Position numbers and translations under genes: made by a program. Under the pieces are notes generated by a model. The model was given only the letters and a program-made list of their open reading frames with translations, made no database searches and was not told the origin of the DNA. From NCBI RefSeq assembly GCF_032444005.1, contig NC_091289.1:130138001-130202000 (forward strand): a stretch of 64,000 bases of DNA, written 5' to 3'. Below, in pieces: positions 10,661 to 23,857 of the stretch. This stretch comes from Ranitomeya imitator. Its lineage: Eukaryota. How positions within the stretch are numbered: the first letter of the stretch is position 1; each line of letters starts with the position of its first letter.

Positions 10661-13600
10661 GGCGCTTTTCGCGTCATTGAAACGCGACTTTGGCGCGAAA
10701 GTCGCGTACCGCATGGCCGACCCCGCACAGGGGTCGGATCGGGTTTCATGAAACCCCGACTTAGCCAAAAGTCGGCGACTTTTGAAAATGTTCGACCCGT
10801 TTCGCTCAACCCTAGCCACCACTATGTACCAGTTTAATGTAGATCATCTGCCCATGGCTATGACAGTCTCCTCAGTTGTCAGCTACAAAGGGGGTATAGA
10901 TGTCAGTATGGATCCAGAAAGGGCCTCGCGTGGAAGGGAATATTATCAGCCGTTGACATTTACAAGGAGTAGACAGGAGACACTAAAACAAGAGATTTAT
11001 CAGTCAGAAATAGATGAGATGGTCTACGTTTGGTGGAAGGTACAACTGCAGTTTGGCCCACAGGATAGTTAGGCTTGCACATAATCACCTGAGAGTCTAT
11101 GGTGCACTGAAAGACTGCCAGGACCAGTGTGTCGTAAACAGTGTCTTCCCCCTTCCCACCAATCCCGTAAAAACACTGACAGGCCTGGATGGGTTGAACA
11201 GGTCGGTCACAGTTTATTAATTGATAAGCAGAGAGAGGCAATTACAATTTGCAACGGAATCATCGCTGAAGGCCCCGTCTGTGACCGCTGGGTGAGCAAG
11301 CCGATAAACGGTTACGAACCTTTGCCCCCCTCTACACTACCGCTGTGACGTAATAACAACATGAATAATAATTTTTTTTAACATTTTAGCAATAGTAGTG
11401 CAGAACATTCATGAGTATATAAGGGAGGGGGGGTGGGACAACAGCTTCGAATGGTCAGCCGGGGAGAAAGAGGAAGGCACTGACCTTGGGCACCTGAATT
11501 TAACCCCTGAAGGTGTGGCCGGACACCCCTTCCTTTTTCTTCCCGTTGGTCGGTTGGGCGTCCCAATAATTGCATCACCTGGGGGAGTAGTGGGAGGGGG
11601 AAATTGGGCACTGCCCAGAGTTTACTTCTAGCTTTCCCATATGGGATCCGCAGTCAGAGGCACATTCCTTAATCAGTACCAATGCCTGCCAACCTGCATA
11701 AATTTGTCATCGGGAGACGAAGTGGTGAACCAAAGTGGCTTGCCCACCACTGGTGTGCTGGAGACTGGTGGGGCTAGAGGAGCAGCTGGTTGAAAGTTTC
11801 CTTGGTCTGCATGAATTACAGTAATCGTTAGTGACAAGCTGTTTACGTGCTTCACTGAGCAAGGCCTAGAAGACTATCCAAGGTACAACTTACACATTAA
11901 TATCTCAGGAGCAAGAGTGGACAATGTCAGAAGAGGTCCCCTGCTCCAAAAAAATGTGAGCTCTTGGTAGTCCAATCACTCATTATAATGCACAGTTCAG
12001 CCTGCTTTGGAGGTGGAGGTGGGCCTTTTACCTCTTGGGCCTCTGTGTTCCTGCACAGGCCGCACGAATGGCATGTCTGCCCCGGTCTGTAGGTAATAAA
12101 GTATGGCCATGGAGGAGAGCGGACTGAAGCATTCTATCCAGACCATAGTTGTCTGAATGACATTGAATTTAATACATAGCAGGAACAAATAGGGAAGGGG
12201 GCTATCTGAAACAACAAGTGAGAGAGCCCGCTTGAGTTAATGTTGAACACAAGTTCTCAAAGCAGAGAAACATAATAAACTCATCACCAGAGACAGACTC
12301 ATCTTTGTTCAATTATCTCCAGTCTTACAACTCAGCATTTGTTGTCAATTTTTTTGTCATGTGTTATAATTAAAAAGATGAACAGAGACTTATATTGGAC
12401 CATAAAACTGATTTCATGAGGACTTGGTATCTAGTAGAGGTTGGTGAGCTCCGGTTCCTCCTTATTCTGTCCATCTCTCATCTTTTCCATGTTTCTGCAG
12501 AATATGCTTTGCTTAGTTTGCAGTATTTACTAACCCAGAGATGAGACCTAATAAATGGAAACTGAAAATAATATAATCAGACTCCAGATTACAGATGTTT
12601 TATGGTTTCAAAGTTATTTGCTCTTGCCCACTGAACACCCTACATGGACTACATGAATATGGATGAGTTCAGCTTCAGATCACTTTGTATTGACCGGGAC
12701 CAAAGTATTATAATTACCAAATCACATATTCTTGATCCATTTTACTCAGCAATCTAGTCATGGGCATATATGACATGTAGACATACCCTATAGGGCTATT
12801 ACCAGTTGGAAGATCACAGATTGGCCCTATCTTCTGTCTCATCTGTGGTCTGAATGTAAGCCTTCTTCACAGACATGATGAAGCAACTTGCCCAAGGATC
12901 ATGCCATTCATTCAGCAATTCATCAGAAAGATGGTACATTTTGATTTTTCTTTAGAATCCACTTTTCTTCTACTTAAGATTTATGACCCTACCAGGTCCA
13001 GCTTATCGTCAGCTCTTTAGTGACAATGCTTCTAGTAATAGAACTTCTTCTGAAAGTGCTTTGCAAAGAATATTTCTATTACTAAAGGTAGAGGGGTTGT
13101 CTTCTTTTCTTTTGTGAGAGTAGTTTTATTGCAATGTGAAAGACACTTGGTAACTTGCTGGCAGGAATATATCTCTTTAGACATTTTTACGAGAACACAC
13201 TAACAGAGGAATGTGCCCCTGTCGAAATCTTACGCAGGGAGAATACATGGGCTAGACAGCACAGAGGATTCATTCTGCACAATGTACTGTATGGAATGAT
13301 AGAATTTTGTGACCCCAGAACACAATCGCTTCACTTTAATTTTCTTGTTACGGAGACTTTTTCAAATAGGCAATTGTCGTCACGCCAAATGGAGCAAAAC
13401 GGCAAATATCAGACACCAATCTCCAACGATATTACGTGGACAATATAAAGTTTTAATCTTTGTAATACTTCTAGCTTTTGAGAATGTTTTTTATGCTCTT
13501 TTTAATGAACTTTAATATATAACGGAAGCTATAACACTAACAACGACATCTAAAAGTAGCAGAAGACAGACACAAGGGTCTCGTTTTTGACCAATTTTCA

Positions 13601-16600
13601 AGATTTCGACTTTGTGTCAGTAAATGATATCAGACTAAAACCTCCTACAAATCTATGTGAATAACGTTAAATTAATACTTCCCACATCCTGAAGGTTTGC
13701 TACTATTGTATCATGTCCAGGAAGTCCTTTGTCTGATATACTAATACTATGTTCTATCAATTTTTGTACATTGTCCAAAAATTATCAAAGAGATATACCG
13801 TACATTATATTTAATCTGCATTCTAGCCGAACACATTCATTACCTCTTTACTGGATAGGTGATAAATACTAGGTGGATAGGATTGTGACTGGTGGGACGC
13901 CCACCATGGGACTGAAGAGGAGACCCCCTATCCCTTCTTTTTCTCAGCTGCATGGCTACACCTAGGAGGCGTCTCTGTGGAATGGCGGCAAAGTGCTAAG
14001 ATGTCTTCATCAGAGTCATAGACTATGGAGAAGAAGGGATCACACCTGAGCACTGGATAATGTAATCTCCTCCTCCTACCTGCAGTTTGGAGAAACTAGG
14101 GAAGCGAGATCCCCCGTAATGGGGAATGAACGGGGTTGCAGCAATCAAAACTCCACTGATCTAGCATTTATCACTAATCCACTAGTTGGAGTACATCTTT
14201 AAAGTGAATCCGTCAGCAGGTATTTACCATGTAATCAAACAGCAAAATAATATACAGACAGAGACCCTGATTCCAGCAAAGAATTGCTTAGTTTAATAGA
14301 TGCAGTAGGTGTGATATAATCATAGTTTTTGCTGTTGCAGCTGCAAATTCATCCTAGGGTCAGGGTTGGACCAGTAGGCACAAGGACAGCCTGTCCTGTA
14401 TTGATAATATCACGCTGATTAAATACTGATTGTTTTGAAACAGAATTACAGCCCAGTAAGTGACACATCACTAGAAACAGCGTCTCTGCCCCTACATCAT
14501 GCTGTACATGGATTACATAGCAAAAAAAATGGTGAAAAATTGCAATTAAGCTCCCAATTGATTGCTTAAACTGATTACAACCGTAGCAAACTCTTAGTTC
14601 TGAGAAGTATTTGGACAGTATGGCTTTTCAGTCATTGTAAGAAATACATTCACATCAAAAGTAATAAAAAAAAGTGCAGAACTGAACAACTAATTCCATA
14701 TAGAGTATTAAAACTCTGCCAAACTGCTGTTTACATTGATATTTTAGGGAATTTTGGATCAATGAATACAGTTGAAGCTTAGATTTAGCATGGACCGCGC
14801 AATAGGCCGCATGTGTATATAGGAACTTTGTGCAATATGGTTTTCACTGTTTATGGAAATTTCCATTACCAATTTGCAATAAATTTGGGAAAGTTTTGAA
14901 ACATTTTTTTTTTTCATTTTTTAAACCATAATAGATAAATAAAAGGCTCCCAAAATATTGAATTTACTAACTAAGTTCATATACTGCACTTTAGGAAACC
15001 TACTCATTGACTGAATGACTGGAAATCACCATTTTATCAACCTCCGAACACTTTTCAGTGGCCGCCAGGACGCGGCAGGTACGCTGTAGACCTGCTGCAG
15101 ATGACTTCTATAAATTCAACATGTGCAAAGCGTTCTCCTCTTACTTCTGCCCGGCTGCACTGAGTGGATTAAACCTCATCGGGAAGGAATGCTACAGGAC
15201 AGGAATACAGGAAAAATACTCGTCTGAGACCTGTAAATTTCATCTCTGGGAAACTCATTACCTCTCCTTTCTTTCTCCAGCTCAGAGCTTGAGTACCCGT
15301 CTGTGCCAGATCCGAGACGGTCAAATAAATACGCCAGACGTGATCAAATTAACACCTTCACTGCCAGGAAACTACACAATCTCTATCAGGAAAGCCAACG
15401 TTAACCCCTACCCCTATGACTTTTCTACCGTTCCATGGTATTACCGTTCATTGACTTTACGCAGGTTTACGCTCCTGTTTAGAGTTAATATTGTTGAATC
15501 TGTACCACCACTAAAAATTCAGGCTAAATTTTCCTTCCTATGTAGGCCGGGTTCACATAAATTCATTGCATCAGGCTCAAGTTCTCTAACTTTTCTGCAT
15601 CTCAGCAGAATTGATGCATTAGGTGTCATCGGGATATTTCACCATTTATTCCCAAGTGTTGGTCCACACCTGGATCTGAAAGCTAGATGAAACGATGGGA
15701 TCTGGCTCCCGGACCAGCGCCTGCACCTGTCCGGCACCAGATCTGATGCCGCAGACAGATGGAAGCAATCCCACAACAAATAATGGGACCTCAGCTTTCA
15801 CTCGGTGTTTTAGATGAAAGCAGGATGGAAAATATGATGCAGCGTCAGAAATATATGCAAGAGTCCATAAGAATATAATAGCAGACATTATGTAATTCTG
15901 ATATCTAAATATCTTTCATGTGACCTTATGGTTGTCAGAACATATGGTATTGATGATGTATCTCTATGATAGGTCATCAATAACACATCGGTGGTAGTCA
16001 GACACCCAGTGCCGCGACAGATCAGCTGTTCTTCGCTCCGGCAGCAGCCTGATGTAAACACTCTGAATGGAAATTTTGAGCATAGATCCAATCAAAGTGT
16101 AGCGGCCACTGCTGGCTGTTGTTGGCTACTGCAGCACATCTTTTCTAAAAAATAATAGGATCTGCGCTGCAGTAGAAGGAAACAGCCAGTAGACGTCGCT
16201 ACACTTTGATCGGAGCTGTGCTCGGCGGCTCCATTCAAAGTGTTTACTTACGGCCTGGGCCGGAACAAATAATACCTTATCAGTGGGGGTGACGGGTGTC
16301 GGAACCCCATGGATCTGTTATTGATGACCTTTCCAATACCGTATGCCTGGACAACCACTTTAGTAGTCCCTATAGTAACAGACAATGAGGGACAGGGGTG
16401 TAGTGTCTAAATTCGGCGTCTGACATACGCTTCCTCCAAACTTTCAAGACAGCCTTTACGGGCCGTCACATCTCAGTAGCATGCACCTTTAATATGTCAC
16501 ATTTATTCTAAAGCTAGGACGGTCCTCCGTCACCATTGTTTGGACATTTGTAGCTGCATATTCTTTGCCAATTTCATAAATATTAAATCCAAAGACTATA

Positions 16601-17606
16601 ATTCTTACAATAATTCAAGAAAAAACGTCAAATTGTCACAACATAGTAACTACGCTCCCCGTCATACACTGTACATTGTTGTATTCTCTGTTTCCTAGAG
16701 AGCAGTGCGTTGTGGGAGCCCCGATAGCAATCAGGACAAGCACAGGGAGGTATTCTGTGCACCGGTGGGAAGTCTCCCAAACAGGCTGCCAATGCATTCC
16801 TATGAAGTCATGCATAACCGAGATTTCCAAAGGATGGAGATCTACAAATTCTAGGGTTTCATGTGCCAGTTTTCAATTGAGTTATGCTGGAGTATAATGC
16901 ACCAAATTTGTTAGGAGGCACACACCTCTTGATATTTATTTATTTTCACTTTATTTTATTCCCTAATATAGCGCCATTAATCCCACAGCTCTTTATAGAT
17001 ATTTTCGGAACTGTCCTCATTGGGGCTCAAAATCTAGGTCAGTATTTGGAGTGTGGTTGCAAGCTCCAGCAAATGCAAGGAGGACATACAGACTTCTTGC
17101 CGATCTTGTCCTTGGAGAGAAGCTCTGCAAGGCCTGAGCCACCACGCTGTCCATATTTTTGGCACTTTTTGGCACCTTCGGTCTCAGAAACTGAAATGAA
17201 GCCTGCATAATCTTGGACACAATGTTGTGTAGACAACCGATTTTCACGCCCCTGTGCTCTCTGTGGTTTTTACAGTTAGCACTCTCACCCATGATATTCT
17301 TTGGGACTATACACATGTCCAACTTTTTCCTCAGACCGAGTGGTCCAATGAGAAAATCGATGAACAAGGGTTTCGCCAATTCATCAAGTGATCAACAACC
17401 TGCTTACACAGTAAGATAATCGTAAAACAAGGTTTTTTAGCAATACTAATTCACGCATATCTTGCAGTGTGAATGCTCCACTAGTTACACTCTATACACA
17501 GGACAGGGGGTGACTTATTGTTCCCCAGTGATGCAAAAAGCGGAACTGGAACCTGGAAGACAGTCTCTGCTTAGTTCATTGTTAATAGGACTGCTGGAAA
17601 GAGATA

Positions 17607-17960
17607 GCTAGGTTCACATTGCGTTAGGGCAATCTGTTTAGCGCATATGCTAGCGGATTGCGCTAACGCAATGTCCCAAAAGGGATCGCGTTTGGCGATC
17701 CCGCTAGCGCAGATACCCGATCTGCGCTAGCGAGGAACGGACCTCAGACTCTGTAAGCAGCATCCGCGGTCCGTGCGAAACTAACGGGACATCGCTAGCG
17801 CATGCCAAAAATGGCATGCGCTAGCGATGCGCTAGAGATCCGCTAGTACATTGCAGTCAATGGGTGCGCTAACGGATCCGTTACATAGCGTTAATTGCGA
17901 CAATTGCGCCATGTAACAGAGTCCGCTAGCGGACACCCATTAACGCAATGTGAACCTAGC
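17607..17960. mobile_element. Palindromic MITE
   Basis: 20-bp perfect TIR GCTAGGTTCACATTGCGTTA...TAACGCAATGTGAACCTAGC; internal GCTAGC repeats. Confidence 0.8.
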
Positions 17961-18983
17961 CAAGCATCGGGCTCTTATTCCATAGACCATGAATTAAGCG
18001 AAGGTCAAGCATGCACACCTCTACTCCATTCCAGATGGGCCTTTAGAGATCCCAGTTTCTGGAGCTCCATTGGTCAGAACCCAAGTGATCAGCAAGTTAT
18101 TACTTATCCTAACTTTAGAGAATAACTTTTTACCTTGGGGACAATCATTTAACTATATCTTTAATAATATGATAGAACCAAGCCAGTGAGAAATATCTTC
18201 TCCTTCATTCATCCTGTGGTGGAGCTGTCCAAAACTCGAGCACTTGCAGCTGAGTATCCTGATAGAGCAGAGCTGATCGCTGGTGGTCCCATCAGCAGGA
18301 CACTGTGATCAGCTGTTTAGGGTCAACCTCTTCTCGCGAACTAAGAATGTACAAATTGGTCAGAGTTGACCTATAAAGCTGCATTTATGACATCAGTTTC
18401 TCACGGCGTGATTCCTTGAGAATGAGGAGTGTTCGTTATTGTCGAACAGGATCAAAGTCTGCATATTAATCACTTAAATTAGTCTTTGAAGAGTACTGGT
18501 ATTGTTTGTACAGCAAATTGTGGTGGCCTCCTACCTAGAATACGGATTAAATGAGTTCCATCTGGTGAATTCTGGAGCCGCGCTCCAATCAGACATTCCA
18601 GGTTCTCATAAATCTCCGTAATAAACACCCGGCTGGAGGCATTTTGGATACCAGATTGTAATAAGGAATCACACAGATGTCTATGCAGGTTCCTTCATAG
18701 TCAGCACAACGAGAGACGCCATGATTACTTGGTGTGTTCAAGTCAACGGAAGGCAGATTGATTGACTTACTGACTTGTTTCTAGTCTTTCACGCTAAGAT
18801 GACCATTTCATCCCATTACCCTCCCATAAATATAGCTTGCTTCTTTATTGTTCTTAATGGGGTTGTCCACATTTGTAGACATTTTTTTTCTTACTTGAAT
18901 GCATGCAATTGGGGCTAAATATCATTTTTGCAATTTTGCTTCGTTAAAAATGTTGCACCGTTTTCCTCCTTGAGCCTCTGTAT

Positions 18984-19204
18984 TAGGCCGGGTCACACTT
19001 GCGGGTGCATTGCGAGAAACTCGCGCGAGTCTCTGACCTCAACATCCGGCACTGCCGCCTGCACTCGGGACTGTAGCATGCGGCTGAAAGTATTTCTATG
19101 CACCTGAATGCTCCGGTCCAAAGTGTCGGAGGCAGTGCCGGGTATTGAGGCCAGAGACTCGCGGGAGTTTCTCACATTGCACTCGCAAACGTGACCCCGG
19201 CCTA
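18984..19204. mobile_element. Palindromic MITE
   Basis: TAGGCCGGGTCACACTTGCG...CGCAAACGTGACCCCGGCCTA termini; internal arms also complementary. Confidence 0.75.
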
Positions 19205-19304
19205 ACACTATTATTGTGCTGGCTGCACAATGCGGGAACAGGGTTGGTAACATTATCTTTATTTTATCTCATGAGTTGCGGACAATATTTAGAGCCACTT
19301 CCTG

Positions 19305-19600
19305 TTATATAGGTATGACAGGTTCTCCTCCTGCTCTTGTCAATGCAGCTTTCTCACAGACTGCAGATCTCCAGGCCATACATTGGCTGCTGGTGGAGGA
19401 ACATGTGACCAGACCTGTCCATCAGTCTCCCCCAATCGAAAGGCAGATTTTTCATGTGGGGTTTTCTATTGGTGGAGACTGATGGACAGGTCTGGTCACA
19501 TGTTCCTCCACCAGCAGCCACTGTATGGCCTGGAGATCTGCAGTCTGTGAGGAAATCAGCAGTAACAAGAGTAGAAGGAGAACCTGCCATACCTATATAA
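19305..19600. repeat. Long inverted repeat (foldback/MITE)
   Basis: About 130-bp arms, e.g. CAGACTGCAGATCTCCAGGCCATACA...GACCAGACCTGTCCATCAGTCTCC mirrored on the other side. Confidence 0.8.
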
Positions 19601-22280
19601 TAGTGAGGGCCACAAAATTATGTCTTCGCCACATCTAATAAAAAAAGGACAATGTGGCTGAGCCTGTTACCCCATTCTGTAGCCAGCAATGGACAGTATG
19701 AGGCTGTGGTCACACGGCCATCGATCCACTCATGCGAGAGAATCGGGCCAATTATGCTAAAGACACTTGGCTCAAACTCTGCCAGTGCTTGGTCCTAGTG
19801 TCATCTTACTGTGATCCAATCCTCTCACATGAGAGAATCGCAACACAGGTGCGGAGAAGACGGAGAACTTAATTTCTCCATCTTCTCCATTATCTCTGTG
19901 TTTGTAGTAATCAGACTGCACTCAGATGACATCCGAGTGCAGCCTGGTATGTCACACGCCTATGGGTGATTTGAGCCGAGTCTCACTGCCAGTAGCAGCA
20001 TGCAGAAATTGATTTCAAATGCCGAATCAGCATTAGAAAAAAAATCATAGTTCTGTACTGCCCCTCAGGGTAACATTGGGCTGAGTGCTATCCAACAAAA
20101 CATCAGATAGCACTCGGCTGTGTTATACACTTGTGTGGGCGAGAACTAATACAGAGATTATAGGAGGAGAACAGTGCAGATATTTTAATGACACCCAATT
20201 GCAAAAATGATTTTTAGCCCCAAATACATGAATTTAATTTACAATAAAAAGTGGCCAATCTCTTTATGCAACAACAAGAAGCTGCAAGATGATTAGTTGG
20301 AATGAGCCGCCTGTGCTATTTGCTTTTGTTTTTTTTAATGTCAGATCGGCCAATGGTTCAAAAAAATAATAAACTGGTAATTTGCTAAGAAAAAGTATAA
20401 TAATCTGCTTTTGTCTGTATACAATGCATCAAATATACTGTCCCAAGCAATGCTGGTGTGCGGAGCCCACTGCAGCACAAGGACCTCCTGGTGATTCACC
20501 TGTCCTCCTCAGTGTCACTCCAAGCCTTCTTCTTCAGGACATTTGTCTGTGAGGTCAACTATTAGGCTGGGGAATATGGCAACAAGGAGTCACACATGAG
20601 TTGCTTACTTGATTAGCCTAACAACTGTGTCCGCCGGCTGTGACCAGGACAAAAATTATTTTTATGTAATGACAGAAAGCGGAGGTCCTCCACATAGTAA
20701 AAAAAGAACTGCTCTGAAGGATTCATGGCTGCCATTTAATCCTACAATCTCTCCAGAGAAAATGTATATCTGGCTTCCAAGAGCAAGACATGCTAGGGAT
20801 GCACTGAGCACGTGCAGCCGACTGTAAAATACCGCAGCATGTATAATAAAAAACACTGCTATACTCACTTTCTTCTTCTCACTTTGAAATATATCAGTTT
20901 CTATATAAAAAGTTTTCGAAACCCCTACATGAGATCTGTCCAAATCTAATCTACTTTGCCGATACTCTCTTTTGCTGACAATTTTCTGCCATTAAATTCG
21001 GAGGAAAAATCCACAGTATTTTCCCTATTTTCCCTTCGAAATGATATATTAAAGTCCCTAGTATGAATTTTCTATCACTGTCTAGGAGTTTTAGATTATG
21101 CCTTTGGGGGATGAGAATGAATCCATTATGACCAGCAAAATTGCGGTGCCTGCTGTATATTCACTGAGTAGGGAGAAGAACTGGGAGACTGGACGAAAAG
21201 CATTTTTTTAAATATAAAAAGTCCTTCGACCTGCTTCTTAGGAAAGTTAAAATAGAGCTAGCCGCACAGTCGGAGTTCCCAGCTTCCTCTGTGATTTATG
21301 TGTGCTGATGAATAGAGCCAGATCAGTCTTTCTTGTGGCACTTTCAAGGCTCAGACCATTGGCGGAAACAACTCTACTGATTTCTTCTGAGCTCAGGGAC
21401 TCGGCTTGTGGAAAGTAGAAAGTGCCTTTGTTTCATTTCCACAAATGCAGTCAAAATATGCAATCGTCATGAGAAAGGGCCAGGAAAAATGATGATAATG
21501 TCAATGGGAGAGACTCCGGCATTGTAACGAAACTCTTCATAATTACAAAGGAGTATTAACAATTTTAGTGTCCACTCCTGAATACTTGTTGCCGTTTCTT
21601 TTGTATTTATGACGGATCTGTCTATTACAAAGGGGTTGTCCTGAAAAAAACAGGCCCTTTAACCTTCCATTTATGGCTATTTGACAACGATACCATTAGC
21701 TATAAATATTAAATGCCCACAACGATTAGGCCCCTCAAAGGGAACCTGCAAGAAGCTCTATGTCACAAAACAAGATACACTGATGGGTTGAGTAGTAAAA
21801 TGCAAATTCAAACTTAACTTCCTGGACGTGAAATGAATATTTCATGTCTGAAAAAGTCCATTTTAAATCTTTATGTAAATGAGACAGCAAGTGCGCCAAC
21901 TGCAGGTCAATATCCCAGAGAGGGCGCCAATTCTCTGTATTATTCCTTGCCTAGTGTCACTTCCATGACCTTTATTGACCTCACTGATGAAGTGTTTCAC
22001 AAGAGAGGTCAATCAAGTCTAAGATGTTCACACTATGAGGGGAATACAGTATTAGTCAGGAATCAGTCCGCCCTTAGAGCACTTGTAGACTCATTTAGAT
22101 GATGATTTTAAGTCAATTTTTACAAAAATGGGTTATCTGTTTGTGGTCAGGAAGACTTGTTTGATCTTGTCTTTTAATATCCTACCCATAAATGGTGCCC
22201 TGATAGGTTCCCTTCAAATGGAGCAGAGTTGTAGTGATTTTCTCTAGTTGTTCACCAGCTAATACAAGAGCACCATAACA

Positions 22281-23857
22281 CATTGCTCAAAAAAATAAAG
22301 GGAGCACTAAAATCCCACATCCTAGATATCATTGATTGAAATATTCCAGTTGTAAATCTTTATTCATTACATAGTGGAATGTGTTGAGAACAATAAAACC
22401 TAAAAATGATCAATATAAATCACAACTAATATACCACGGAGGTCTGGAGTTGGAATGATGCTCAAAATCAAAGTGGAAAATGAAGTTACAGGCTGATCTA
22501 ACTTCAGTGGAAATGCCTCAAGACAAGGAAATGATGCTCAGTAGTGTGTGCGGCCTCCACGTGCCTGTATGACCTCCCAACAATGCCTGGGCATGCTCCT
22601 GATGAGGCGGCGGATGGTCTCCTGAGGGATCTCCTTCCAGACCTAAATTAAAGCATCCGCCAACTCCTGGACAGTCTGTCGTGTAACGTGATGTTGGTGG
22701 ATGGCGCGAGACATGATGTCCCAGATGTGTTCAATCGGATTCAGGTCTTGGGAACGGGCGGGCCAGTCCGTAGCTTCAATGCCTTCATCTTGCAGGCACT
22801 GCTGACACACTCCAACCACATGAGGTTTGGCATTGTCCTGCATTAGGAGGAACCCAGGGCCAACCGCTCCAGCATATGGTCTCACAAGGGATATCATCTC
22901 GGTACCTAATGGCAGTCAGGCTACCTCTGGCGAGCATATGGAGGGCTGTGCGGCCCTACAAAGAAATGCCACCCCACACCATTACTGACCCACTGCCAAA
23001 CCGATCATGCTGAAGGATGTTGCAGGCAGCAGATCGCTCTCCACGGCGTCTCCAGACTCTGTCACGTCTGTCACATGTGCTCAGTGTGAACCTGCTTTCA
23101 TCTGTGAAGAGCACAGGACGCCAGTGGCAAATTTGCCAATCCTGGTGTTCTGTGGCAAATGCCAAGTGTCCTGCATGGTGTTGGGCTGTGAGCAAAACCC
23201 CCATCTGTGGAAGTTGGGCACTCAGACCATCCTCATGGAGTCGGTTTCTAACCGTTTGTGCAGACACATGCACATTTGTGGCCTGCTGGAGGTCATTGTG
23301 CAGTGCTCTGGCAGTGCTCCTTCTGTTCCTCCTTGCCCAAAGGCTGAGGTAGCAGACCTGATGCTGGGCTATTTCCCTCCTACAGCCCCCTTCACGTCTC
23401 CTGGTGTACTGGCCTGCCTCCTGGTAGCGCCTCCAGCCTCTGGACAGTACGCTGACAGACACAGCAAACCTTCTTGCCACAGCTCACATTGATGAGCCAT
23501 CATGGATGAGCTGCACTACCTGAGCCACTTGTGTGGGTTGTAGAGTCCGTCTCATGCTACGCTACCACGAGTGTGAAAGCACAACCAACATTCAAAAGTG
23601 ACCAAAACATCAGCCAGAAAGCATTGGTACTGAGATGTGGTCTGTGGTCCCCACCTGCAGAACCACTCCTCTATTGAGTGTGTCTTGATAATTGTCAATA
23701 ATTTCCATCTGCTGTCTATTCCATTTGCACAACAGCACATGAAATTGATTGTCAAACAGTGTTGCTTCCTAAGTGGACAGTTTGATTTCACAGAAGTTTG
23801 ATTTACTTGGAGTTATATTCTGTTGTTTAAGTGATCCCTTTATTTTTTTGAGCAGTG
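22281..23857 (-). mobile_element. Tc1-family transposon, full length, inactivated
   Basis: TIRs CATTGCTCAAAAAAATAAAGGGAGCAC / GTGATCCCTTTATTTTTTTGAGCAGTG followed by TA; about 1.6 kb. Confidence 0.9.
22643..23544 (-). pseudogene. Frameshifted Tc1 DD34E transposase
   Basis: Motifs [18 protein letters not shown] and DLNPIEHIW are split across ORFs 22956-23480 and 22643-22897. Confidence 0.88.

Larger units (their letters stand above)
1..10814 (-). mobile_element. Large autonomous hAT DNA transposon (5' end at 10814; 3' end lies left of the window)
   Basis: Minus strand starts TAGGGTTGAGCG at 10814, a hAT-type terminus. It is followed by palindromic subterminal motifs, a TATA/CCAAT promoter, tandem arrays, an intact transposase ORF (2907-6482) and a 123-bp array running off the window. 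The second TIR and the TSD cannot be seen. Confidence 0.8.

Noticed and set aside
15058-15690. 210-aa ORF
   Set aside because: Non-ATG start, no domain signature, intronic antisense position.
16699-17415. Cluster of short ORFs and exon-like segments on both strands
   Set aside because: No recognisable protein family; frames are interrupted by stops.
18535-18680. Minus-strand exon-like open frame (HLCDSLLQSGIQNASSRVF...)
   Set aside because: Weak acceptor; phase incompatible with collagen exon 4; no homology recognised.
21400-21570. SOX-like sites as a cartilage enhancer
   Set aside because: CATTGT, ACAAAG and AACAAT are present, but not as a correctly spaced inverted pair; unsupported without conservation data.
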